Assembly: GCA_038231275.1 (NCBI GenBank)
Contig: JBBRLQ010000051.1
Coordinates: 1-31,957, forward strand
DNA from: Polyangiales bacterium
GTDB lineage: Bacteria; Myxococcota_A; Polyangia; Polyangiales; Polyangiaceae
Direction: 5' to 3'
DNA length: 31,957 nt
The notes beneath the pieces were generated by a model that was not told the DNA's origin, searched no databases, and saw only the letters and a program-made list of their open reading frames with translations. How positions within the stretch are numbered: the stretch's first letter is position 1; each line of letters begins with the position of its first letter. Shown here in pieces: positions 20,780 to 28,968 of the stretch. A program made the translations under genes and the position numbers.

Positions 20780-22693
20780 ATGGCCGAGTACCTGGCGTCC
20801 GAAGATCTGGTCGACGACGAGGGAGAGCTCGCCGCCGAGAAGCTCGCCCGGGGCACCCGCCTGGGGCGTTACGAGCTCCTATTGCCGATCGCCAAGGGCG
20901 GCATGGCGCGCGTGTGGGCCGCGCGGCAGCACGGGCAGCGCGGATTCACGAAGGTCGTCGCGATCAAGACGATCTTGCCCCACCTCGCGCGCGACCCCGA
21001 GTTCGAGCGCATGTTCCTCGACGAGGCGCGCATCGCGTCGATGGTCCATCACCCGAACGTCTGCGAAATTTACGAGCTCGGCGAAGAGGGCAGGGTCCTC
21101 TACCTGGCGATGGAGTGGGTGAACGGCGAGTCGCTCGCCCACGTCCTGCGCATCAGCGGGCAATGCCAGCCGCTCGATCCGCGCGTGGTCGCGCGCATCG
21201 TCAGCGATACGTGCGCGGGCCTCAACGCCGCGCACAACCTGGAGGCCGACGACGGGACGCCGCTCGACGTCGTGCACCGCGACGTGTCGCCGCACAACAT
21301 TCTCGTGTCCGCCGACGGCCACGTGAAGGTCGCGGATTTTGGCGTCGCGAAGGCGCTCGGACAATCTCACAGCGCGACGAGCGCCGGGCAGCTCAAGGGC
21401 AAGATCCATTACATGGCGCCCGAGCAAGTGACAGGAGCCGCCGTCGATCGCAGGAGCGATCTCTTCAGCCTGGGCTGCGTGCTGTACGAGGCGACGACTG
21501 GGCTCCAGCCGTTCCGCGGCGACGGGGATCACCAGGTCATGCACCGCCTCCTCCAAGGCCAAGTCGAGCCGCCCACGAGCTTCATCCACGGATATCCGAT
21601 GGGCCTCGAGCGCATCGCGATGCGCGCCCTGTCGAGCGATCCCGCGGCGCGCTATCCCACCGCAGAGAGCATGCGGACCGCGCTCGAGGAGTGGCTGGCG
21701 AAGGGGCCGATGGTCACAGAGATGCACGTCGCAGGCGCTGTGAAGGCGCGCGTCGGGGCCATTCTCGACAAGCGACGCGAGCGGATCCGCGCGGCGCAGT
21801 CGAGCGTGGAAAGGGTCGATCTTGGCAACGATCCTCCGGTGGTCGAGGCGCTCACGCCGTCGGCGCGCGGGCGATCCGGCGTCGGTGTCGTGCACGGGAC
21901 GGCGATCGCAGGGCCATCGTCGCGACGTCCGCCGGACTTCCCGCCGCTGTCGACGAGGCCCGGTCAGCTCGCGCGTACGCTGCCGCTCGGGGAGGGACCG
22001 CTCGTTCCGAACAAGCTCGGGCCGCCGCCGCCGCCCTCCTCGCAGCCGCCGCCGCCCTCCTCGCAGCCGCAGCCGCCCCCCGATTGGAACCCCAACGCCG
22101 CGTACCAGCCGATGCTCGACGCGCAGATCGCGAGCGCGCGGCCGCCGCTGCCGTCGCACGCCCCTTTCGAGGACCGCACCGGCTCGCATTCGCGTCCCGT
22201 CGCGATGCCGGGGGCTTTGCCGATGACCACGCAGGCCGCGGAGGGGAGCTTGGCGCCGATCGCCGTCGTCCTCGGCGTCGTCGTGCTCGCCGCGCTCGGG
22301 GCGATCGGCTTCTTTTTGTGGCGCGCCCGCACGCCTTCCGCCGCGCCCATCGCCGTGGCGACGACGTCGACCGTCGCAGCGACCGCCACGACCGCGCCGG
22401 TGCCAGTCGACACGTCGATCACGGTCGAGAGCGTGGAGCCCGTGATGTTCGTCGTGACGCCGGACGATGCGTTCTTGATCGTCGACGGCGTCGAGCAGGC
22501 GTCCGGCGTGCGGGCGGTGACGCGAAAGCCCGGGCAATCGGTCACCGTCATCATTCGCGCGAAGGACTTCGAGGACGCGCAGGTGCAGGTGGACGATCAG
22601 CTGACCAACAAGACCGTGGTCCTGAGGCTCACGTCGCTGCGCAAGCACCGCGATCCGAAGCGAACGGACCCGCTCCCGGCGAACCCGTACTGA
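20780..22693 (+). CDS. Membrane-spanning Hanks-type Ser/Thr protein kinase with C-terminal PEGA-like domain
   Basis: Intact motifs IAKGGMARVW, VAIK, FLDEARIA, HRDVSPHN, DFG, YMAPEQ, SDLFSLG; Pro-rich linker; TM (IAVVLGVVVLAALGAIGFFLW); VTPDDAFLIVDG; ends NPY. Confidence 0.96.
   Translation: MAEYLASEDLVDDEGELAAEKLARGTRLGRYELLLPIAKGGMARVWAARQHGQRGFTKVVAIKTILPHLARDPEFERMFLDEARIASMVHHPNVCEIYELGEEGRVLYLAMEWVNGESLAHVLRISGQCQPLDPRVVARIVSDTCAGLNAAHNLEADDGTPLDVVHRDVSPHNILVSADGHVKVADFGVAKALGQSHSATSAGQLKGKIHYMAPEQVTGAAVDRRSDLFSLGCVLYEATTGLQPFRGDGDHQVMHRLLQGQVEPPTSFIHGYPMGLERIAMRALSSDPAARYPTAESMRTALEEWLAKGPMVTEMHVAGAVKARVGAILDKRRERIRAAQSSVERVDLGNDPPVVEALTPSARGRSGVGVVHGTAIAGPSSRRPPDFPPLSTRPGQLARTLPLGEGPLVPNKLGPPPPPSSQPPPPSSQPQPPPDWNPNAAYQPMLDAQIASARPPLPSHAPFEDRTGSHSRPVAMPGALPMTTQAAEGSLAPIAVVLGVVVLAALGAIGFFLWRARTPSAAPIAVATTSTVAATATTAPVPVDTSITVESVEPVMFVVTPDDAFLIVDGVEQASGVRAVTRKPGQSVTVIIRAKDFEDAQVQVDDQLTNKTVVLRLTSLRKHRDPKRTDPLPANPY
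22025..22066 (+). repeat. 21-bp in-frame tandem duplication (PPPPSSQ x2) in the kinase linker
   Basis: CCGCCGCCGCCCTCCTCGCAG twice, exact. Confidence 0.9.
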
Positions 22694-22734
22694 GTTACGC
22701 TGGCCTCGTGAGGCACGCGAGGCACACGAGACGG

Positions 22735-23682
22735 ATGAGCCCGACAGGCGTCGTCGCCCTGGCGCTTTCGATGTTCGTCCTGGTGTCCGCGCCGGCGCGC
22801 GCGCAGGAGGCGCCCGAAGGCACGACCGTCGAGGCGCGGCAGCAGTACAACCAAGGCACGCAGGCCTACAAGGAGAAGAAGTTCGTCGAGGCGGCGCTTC
22901 ACTTCGAAGCGGCGGCGGCGCAGCGGCCTCACGCGGTCACGCTCTACACCGCGGCACTCGCGTGGGAGCAAGCGAACAAGCCAGAGCGCGCGGCGGACGA
23001 CTTCATTCGCGCCCTCGAAGTGCCGGGCCTCTCGGCGTCGCAAGCGACCAACGCGCGCGACCGACTGGCAGCGCTCGAGAAGACGTTGGGGACCGCGCTC
23101 GTCGTGGGGCCGGAAGGAATTCGCGTGCAGCTCGAGGGGCAGACCGAGGTCCTCGTGCCCGCGCGCCTCCACGGCGTTCCTGGAGTGCAGAAGCTCCTCG
23201 TCCGCGCGCCGGGTCGCCCGGTGGAGCGCCGCGACGTCACGTTGGAGGTCGGTCAGTTCACGCGCATCGAGGTGGAGGAGCCCGCCGCGCCCACCGAAAA
23301 GCCTCAGGTGAAGGTGGCGCCGCCGCCGCGCTGTGAACCGACCGTCGCGCCCGTTCGCGCGCCGCCGCCGCCTGCGCCGTTCCCGCTGAAGACGGTCCTC
23401 GGCGTCGGCGCGCTCGGGGTCGGCGTCGCTGCGCTCGGAGCCGGTGCGATTCTGGGCACGCAGGCGCTCGACGCGAAGGACGCGTACGACGCCGCCCCCA
23501 CGCGCGCGAGCTTCGATCACGCCCATGGCCTGCAGACGTGGACGACGATCACGCTGATCACGGGCGGGGTCTTCGCGGCGGGTGGCGTCGTGCTGCTCGT
23601 GCTGCCCGACGGCAAGGCGAAGACGAGCGCGCTCGCCATCGCGCCGACCCTCGGCGGGGTTCGCGTGGGTGGTGCCTTTTGA
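22735..23682 (+). CDS. Exported TPR + PEGA-like protein with C-terminal hydrophobic hairpin
   Basis: Signal peptide ending ARA-Q; TPR-like helices (ARQQYNQGTQAYKEKKFVEAALHFEAA), beta-rich segment (GPEGIRVQLEG), two Gly-rich hydrophobic stretches, terminal GVRVGGAF. Confidence 0.85.
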   Translation: MSPTGVVALALSMFVLVSAPARAQEAPEGTTVEARQQYNQGTQAYKEKKFVEAALHFEAAAAQRPHAVTLYTAALAWEQANKPERAADDFIRALEVPGLSASQATNARDRLAALEKTLGTALVVGPEGIRVQLEGQTEVLVPARLHGVPGVQKLLVRAPGRPVERRDVTLEVGQFTRIEVEEPAAPTEKPQVKVAPPPRCEPTVAPVRAPPPPAPFPLKTVLGVGALGVGVAALGAGAILGTQALDAKDAYDAAPTRASFDHAHGLQTWTTITLITGGVFAAGGVVLLVLPDGKAKTSALAIAPTLGGVRVGGAF

Positions 23683-25244
23683 TGCGCGCCCGCTTCTCCG
23701 CCAGGAGCGCTTCGCTCCGCTTCTCCGCCAGGAGCGCTTCGCTCCGCTTCGCTTCGCTCCGCTTCGTCCGCATCGGCCTCCTCGGCGCACTCGGCGTCGC
23801 GTCGCTCTTCGTGGGCTGCTCGCTCGGGCTCGACGAGTCGAAGATCGCGGCGCCGGCCGCCGACGGCGGACCGCCACCCGGGAACGACACGTCACCGCCG
23901 CCCGACGTGGGCGTGTCCGACACACGAGCCCCCGACGCAATCGCCGTCGACGCGGGCACCGGATGCAACGTCGACGGCGATTGCGTCGCGCCGGACGGAT
24001 GCCTCACGCCCCGCTGCGACACGGCCCGCCACGCGTGCGTCTTCACGCTCTGCAAGCAGACGGCCGCCTGCACCCGCGCCGCGTGCGACACGGCGGCGCA
24101 CACGTGCGGCACCGCCGCGCCCGTCACGTTCCACCCCGTCTCGTTCAAGATCACCGCGGGCGCCATCGGGTGCGGGGGCGTGGTGGCGCGGTGCATCGCG
24201 GCGTCATCCACCTTCCTCTTCGTGGGCACGACCAACGGTGTCGTCGCGTACTCCGTCGCCGATCCCGGCAACCCCTCACCGCCCGCGATCCCCGTCGCCG
24301 GCCTCCCCTTTGCGCCGAACCAGATCGTGGCGAGCGCTGGCCGCGTATACTTCGTGGGCGGCCTCATCGGCGGAAGGGTGCAGGTTGCATGGATCGACAC
24401 CCCGGCGAATCCGCTCGCAGCGTCGCTGACGGCGCGCGCCGTGCTCGTGAGCTCGACGTTGACCGGCGTCTCCGAGACGTTCGCGGGGCCCAACCTCGGC
24501 GTCTACCTCGAGCAATCGGACGCGCCGAAGCTCTATCCCACCGGTCTTCTGACCGCGCCGGTCGCCGATCTCTCGACGCTCGACGTGTTCCCCAACACCG
24601 GCGCGCCGGGCGGCGCCACGGCGGTCGCGACGAGCGGCGATCGTCTCGTGCTTTACCGCTGGGCGCAGCAAGGGTCGCTCGTCGGCCAGCTCTTCTCGAT
24701 CGTCACCGCCACCGCGACGGCGAAGGCGAAGGCCGGGGTCGAGACCAACCTCAACGGCGACGTCGGGGAGGTGTGGGGCACGCCGGCGGTCGTGCGCTTC
24801 GGGCAGGGGGCGAACGGCGGACTTCTGTGGGGGGCGCCGCTCGTCCAGATCGGCGTCGCGCCCGTCGGCACCAAGGCCGCGCGCGTCACCTGGGTCCTCG
24901 CCGATGGGGCGACCGCGACGCCCTCGGGCACCGCGCACGTGGATGTCGAGGCGTACGATCCTTCGAACGTCAGCGTGGGGCAGGCGGTGATGGGGCCGCT
25001 CGCGTGGGTCGACGCGACGACCGGCCTCGTGCTCGCGCAGGCTCCGCAAGATCTCGCGCAGACGAGCGTGCAGGTCGTCACCAATGGTGCGGGCGGCGCG
25101 TCGCTGGTCGCGGGGCGCCGTGTCGTCGTTCCGATCTCGACCGACAAGCTCGGCGCCGTGTCCGCCGGCGGGTACGGGTTCGTGGTCGCCGCCGATGCTC
25201 CCGACGGCGCGACGGTCTACGTGTTCGCCCCCACCTGCACCTGA
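23682..25244 (+). CDS. Cys-rich lipoprotein with large beta-rich C-terminal region
   Basis: TGATG overlap with the upstream gene; lipobox FVGC; CNVDGDC...CLTPRCD..RHACV / CTRAACD..AHTC repeats. Confidence 0.82.
   Translation: MRARFSARSASLRFSARSASLRFASLRFVRIGLLGALGVASLFVGCSLGLDESKIAAPAADGGPPPGNDTSPPPDVGVSDTRAPDAIAVDAGTGCNVDGDCVAPDGCLTPRCDTARHACVFTLCKQTAACTRAACDTAAHTCGTAAPVTFHPVSFKITAGAIGCGGVVARCIAASSTFLFVGTTNGVVAYSVADPGNPSPPAIPVAGLPFAPNQIVASAGRVYFVGGLIGGRVQVAWIDTPANPLAASLTARAVLVSSTLTGVSETFAGPNLGVYLEQSDAPKLYPTGLLTAPVADLSTLDVFPNTGAPGGATAVATSGDRLVLYRWAQQGSLVGQLFSIVTATATAKAKAGVETNLNGDVGEVWGTPAVVRFGQGANGGLLWGAPLVQIGVAPVGTKAARVTWVLADGATATPSGTAHVDVEAYDPSNVSVGQAVMGPLAWVDATTGLVLAQAPQDLAQTSVQVVTNGAGGASLVAGRRVVVPISTDKLGAVSAGGYGFVVAADAPDGATVYVFAPTCT
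23691..23766 (+). repeat. 27-bp tandem repeat (x2 plus fragments) containing GGAGCG-CTT-CGCTCC mini-hairpins
   Basis: CGCTTCTCCGCCAGGAGCGCTTCGCTC at 23691-23717 and 23718-23744, then CGCTTCGCTTCGCTCCGCTTCG. Confidence 0.9.
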
Positions 25245-25263
25245 GGCGAGCTCGCGAGCTTCG

Positions 25264-27837
25264 TCACGCCCAGCGGAGGAGTGACGTCTCGTAGGGGTGC
25301 GTCATGTCGGCGTTCCACGGCATCACGCGCGCGGCGAAGGCGTGTGCGCCGCTCCCTTTCGTGGGGATTTCACCGGCAAATTTGTAGACGCCCTCGACGG
25401 GCCCGCCGGAAACGCGCATGCGCACGATCTCGCCGCGCGTGAGCTCGTGCGCGCCCGCGGTGGGGCCGTGGTACAGCTCCACGGCGACGTCCTCGGGGGA
25501 GAGCGCGCCGAGGTGCACCAGCGCCTCCACGCGCATCGCCTCGCCGACCTTGAGCTCGGCGGTCGACTTGGGGATGACCTCGCGTATGGCGACCTCTCCC
25601 CACGCGTTGCGGACCCGCTCCTTCCACGCCGTGAGCGCCCGCGCGCCGGCCAGATCGTCGTCGCGCATCCGCGCGGTCTCCTTGATGGCCGGCACATAGA
25701 AGCGCTCGGTGTATTCGCGAACCATGCGCGCCGTGTTGAACTCCGGCACCAGGTGCGCGATCGCGTTCTTCATTCGCTTGATCCACGCGCGCGGAAGGCG
25801 ATCTCGCTCTTCGCGCTCGAAGAACAGCGGCACGACCTCCCGCTCGAGCAGATCGTACAGCGCCTCCGCCTCGACCGCGTCGCCGGTCGCGTCCGGGTAC
25901 TCTTCGCCACGGCCGATCGCCCAGCCGACGTCGGCGCCGTGCGATTGCCACGCCTCCGCCCACCAGCCGTCCAACACCGAGACGTTGAGCGCGCCGTTCG
26001 CCGCCGCCTTCATTCCGCTCGTTCCGCTCGCCTCGAGCGGTCGCCTCGGCGTGTTCAGCCACACGTCGACGCCGCTCACGAGCGCGCGCGCGATGCGCAT
26101 GTCGTAGTCCTCGATGAACACGACCTTGCCGCGGAGGCCGGCCTCACGGCTCGCGTGGACGATCGAGCGAATGAGCTCTTTTCCCCCCTTGTCCTGGGGG
26201 TGCGCCTTGCCGGCGAAGACGAGCTGCACGGGCCGATCAGGGATGTCGAGGAGGCGCTTTACGCGATCCAGATCGGTGAAGAGGAGCGCCGCGCGCTTGT
26301 ACGTCGCGAAGCGGCGCGCGAAGCCGATCGTGAGGGCGCGCGGATCGAGCACCTCGTCGGCCATGTCGATCTCTTCCCGCCCGGCCTGCCTTCGCTCGGC
26401 CGCGACGCGGAGCCAGCGGCGGCACAGCGTCACGAGGCGATGGCGCCGGTGCCCATGCGTCTGCCACAGCTCGGCGTCGGGGATCTCGTGCACGCGCGCC
26501 CAGAGCGCGCGATCGCTGAGCGAGTCGACCCAGCGCGGCCCGAGGTACCGGGAGAAGAGCGCTCCGAGCTCGTCGCTGATCCACGAGGGCGTGTGGACGC
26601 CGTTGGTGACAGACTGGATCGGGATCTCGTGATCCGGCAAATCCGGCCACAGGCCCTTCCACATTCGCCGCGACACCTCGCCATGCAGCGCGCTCACGCC
26701 GTTGTAGCGATCGGCGGTGCGGATCGCGAGGACCGGCATGGAGAAATTCGAGCTCGCGTCGACGGGCGGCGGGCGACCGAGCGAGAGGAGCTCGTCGTCG
26801 GTGAGCTTCAAGGCGGCGCGGTACGGTTCGAGGTACGTGCGAACGAGGTGCGGCAAGAACGCGTCGTTGCCCGCGGGTACTGGCGTGTGGGTCGTGAAGA
26901 CGTTGCTCGCCGAGCACGCCTCGCTCGCGACCTGGAAGCTCACGCCGCGGTCGCGCATGACCCGCGCGATGCGCTCGAGGGCGAGGAACGCCGAGTGCCC
27001 CTCGTTCATGTGGCACACCGTCGGGCTGAGGCCGACCGCCTCGAGCGCGTGCACGCCGCCGATGCCGAGCATGATCTCCTGCCGGACGCGGAACTCTTGA
27101 TCGCCGCCGTACAGCGGCCCCGTGATCGAACGATCGGCGGGCGCGTTCTCCGCGAGGTTCGCGTCGAGAAGGAACAGCGGCACGCGCCCGACGTTCACGC
27201 GCCAAAGTTGCGCGTAGACGACGCGATCGGGGTAGTCGACGTTGATGATGAGGCGCTTTCCTGCGGCGTCCTGGACGGGCAAGACCGGCAAGCGATGCCA
27301 GTCGTTGATCGGGTACCGCTCGCCTTGCCATCCGTCGTCGTTCAGGACCTGACGGAAATACCCCTCGGCGTACGCGAGGCCGACTCCGACGAGAGGGAGG
27401 CCGAGATCGCTCGCGGTCTTGAGGTGATCGCCGGCGAGCACGCCGAGGCCTCCCGAGTAGATGGGGAGCGCCTCGTGGAGGCCGTACTCCATCGAGAAGT
27501 ACGCGATGCGCGCCCCGCTCGCGCCGGCGGTCCCCGAGAACTGCTTCTGGAACCAGCCCTCGCGCGACATGTACTTTTGGAACGAGCCCCACGCTCCCTC
27601 GAGGTGGCTCAAGAACGCGTCGTCGCCCGCGAGATCGTCGAGGCGCTTCTGCTCGACCCGCGAGAGCAACTCGATGGGGTTGCCGTGCACCGCCTCGAAG
27701 AGCTCCGCGTCGATCCGCACGAAGAGCTCGCGCGCCTCCGGGGACCAGGCCCACCACAGGTTGTGCGCGATCTCCCGAACGCGCTCGATCGCAGCAGGGA
27801 GGCGAGGGACGACGGTATAGTGCCGGAGCGTAGGCAT
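25264..27837 (-). CDS. glgP: Alpha-glucan (glycogen/maltodextrin) phosphorylase
   Basis: AYFSMEYG, YSGGLGVLAGDHLK, HMNEGHS, FTTHTPVPAG, TNGVH, GFARRFATYKRA, AGKAHPQD, PLP-site EASGTSGMKAA. Confidence 0.97.
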   Translation of the reverse strand: MPTLRHYTVVPRLPAAIERVREIAHNLWWAWSPEARELFVRIDAELFEAVHGNPIELLSRVEQKRLDDLAGDDAFLSHLEGAWGSFQKYMSREGWFQKQFSGTAGASGARIAYFSMEYGLHEALPIYSGGLGVLAGDHLKTASDLGLPLVGVGLAYAEGYFRQVLNDDGWQGERYPINDWHRLPVLPVQDAAGKRLIINVDYPDRVVYAQLWRVNVGRVPLFLLDANLAENAPADRSITGPLYGGDQEFRVRQEIMLGIGGVHALEAVGLSPTVCHMNEGHSAFLALERIARVMRDRGVSFQVASEACSASNVFTTHTPVPAGNDAFLPHLVRTYLEPYRAALKLTDDELLSLGRPPPVDASSNFSMPVLAIRTADRYNGVSALHGEVSRRMWKGLWPDLPDHEIPIQSVTNGVHTPSWISDELGALFSRYLGPRWVDSLSDRALWARVHEIPDAELWQTHGHRRHRLVTLCRRWLRVAAERRQAGREEIDMADEVLDPRALTIGFARRFATYKRAALLFTDLDRVKRLLDIPDRPVQLVFAGKAHPQDKGGKELIRSIVHASREAGLRGKVVFIEDYDMRIARALVSGVDVWLNTPRRPLEASGTSGMKAAANGALNVSVLDGWWAEAWQSHGADVGWAIGRGEEYPDATGDAVEAEALYDLLEREVVPLFFEREERDRLPRAWIKRMKNAIAHLVPEFNTARMVREYTERFYVPAIKETARMRDDDLAGARALTAWKERVRNAWGEVAIREVIPKSTAELKVGEAMRVEALVHLGALSPEDVAVELYHGPTAGAHELTRGEIVRMRVSGGPVEGVYKFAGEIPTKGSGAHAFAARVMPWNADMTHPYETSLLRWA

Positions 27838-27874
27838 GGGCGGCGAGCATACAAACCATGAGCCCTCCCGTAAA

Positions 27875-27896
27875 CGTAACTCTGATGTGAGTTACG
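27875..27896. promoter_or_regulatory. Perfect 8-bp-arm inverted repeat between divergent glgP and hydrolase genes
   Basis: CGTAACTC-TGATGT-GAGTTACG, roughly centred in a 105-bp spacer. Confidence 0.6.
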
Positions 27897-27942
27897 CTTT
27901 TGCTTCCGCGCCGCCGGCCAAATCCGCTACAAAGCCGGCGCG

Positions 27943-28941
27943 ATGAACGCGACACGGACGTTGAGCGATTTCCGCGCCCCCCGCTGGATGAGGAGTGGCC
28001 ACCTGCAGACCCTCGGTGCGGCGCTGCCGATCTTCACGCGCCCCAAGGACCTGGAAGAGGAGCGCCTCTGGTTCGATCTCCCGGCAGGCGGAGCGCTTCA
28101 TGCGCGCGCGTGGTGGCACGCGGGCAAGACGCGACCGGCCGTGCTCATGCTTCACGGCGTCGGCGGCTCGAGCGACTCGCGGAGCGTCGTTCGCGGCGGC
28201 CGGGCGCTCTACGCGGCGGGGTTCCACGTCGTGCGCCTCGATCTGCGCGGCGCTGGCGAGGGGCTCGCGCGGGCGCCTGGCATCTACCACGCCGGCCTCG
28301 TCGACGATCCGCGCGTCGCCGTGGTCGCCCTCGGGCGCGATCCGCGGGTGTCGCGCGTGACGATGCTCGGCATCTCCTTGGGCGGTCACCTCACGCTCAA
28401 GATGCTCGGCGAGCTCGGCGGGGAAGTGCCCGAGGCGCTCGCCGCCGCGGTGTCGATCTCCGCCCCGGTCGACGTAGGGCGCACGACCGTCGAGATCGAT
28501 CGTCTGCGAAACCTCCCGTACTGCAGCTACGTCCTCCGCGGCCTCGTCAAGCAGGCGTCGGATTTTGCGGCGACCCACCCCGACAAGACGCGCTTCGACC
28601 CCAAGACGCTCCGCAAGCTCCGCAAGGTGCGCGACTACCACGAGCATGTCATCGTCCCGATGCACGGGTTCCGCGACGCGGACGACTACCACGTCTCCCA
28701 GAGCGCAGGTCCGCTCCTCGGCCGCGTCGCGCGTCCGACGCTCATGATCCACGCCAAGGACGATCCGATGGTGCCGCTCTCCACCGTCACGCCGCACACC
28801 GAGGCGGCGTCGTCGCAGGTGCAGCTACTCTTGTCCGACGGCGGCGGTCACGTCGGCTGGCTCGGCGGCCTCCGCGAGGAGCAGTGGGTCAACACCTGGG
28901 CGATCGATCGCGCGATCGAGTTCCTCGGCCGACACGTGTAA
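27943..28941 (+). CDS. Alpha/beta-fold hydrolase (YheT/UPF0017-like)
   Basis: GHLQTL, LHGVGGSSDS, DLRGAG, YHAG, nucleophile elbow GISLGG, HAKDDPMV, GGHVGW. Confidence 0.93.
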   Translation: MNATRTLSDFRAPRWMRSGHLQTLGAALPIFTRPKDLEEERLWFDLPAGGALHARAWWHAGKTRPAVLMLHGVGGSSDSRSVVRGGRALYAAGFHVVRLDLRGAGEGLARAPGIYHAGLVDDPRVAVVALGRDPRVSRVTMLGISLGGHLTLKMLGELGGEVPEALAAAVSISAPVDVGRTTVEIDRLRNLPYCSYVLRGLVKQASDFAATHPDKTRFDPKTLRKLRKVRDYHEHVIVPMHGFRDADDYHVSQSAGPLLGRVARPTLMIHAKDDPMVPLSTVTPHTEAASSQVQLLLSDGGGHVGWLGGLREEQWVNTWAIDRAIEFLGRHV

Positions 28942-28968
28942 TTTGTACGCGTCGGCCGGCGCCGCGTT

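Noticed and set aside
22691..22701. TGAGTTACGCT identical to 27888-27898
   Set aside because: Only a half-site that includes the kinase stop codon, with no partner arm; likely chance.
20758..23682. 974-aa ORF suggesting a giant fusion or overlapping gene
   Set aside because: The first ~660 residues are Arg-rich out-of-frame read-through over the kinase gene; the real protein starts at ATG 22735 with a signal peptide.
23691..23766. CRISPR array
   Set aside because: Repeats are directly adjacent with no spacers, lie in frame in a CDS, and no cas genes are present.
27875..27896. dif (XerCD) site
   Set aside because: It has a 6-bp spacer but the arms do not resemble the XerC/XerD consensus (no TTATGTTAAAT-like arm).
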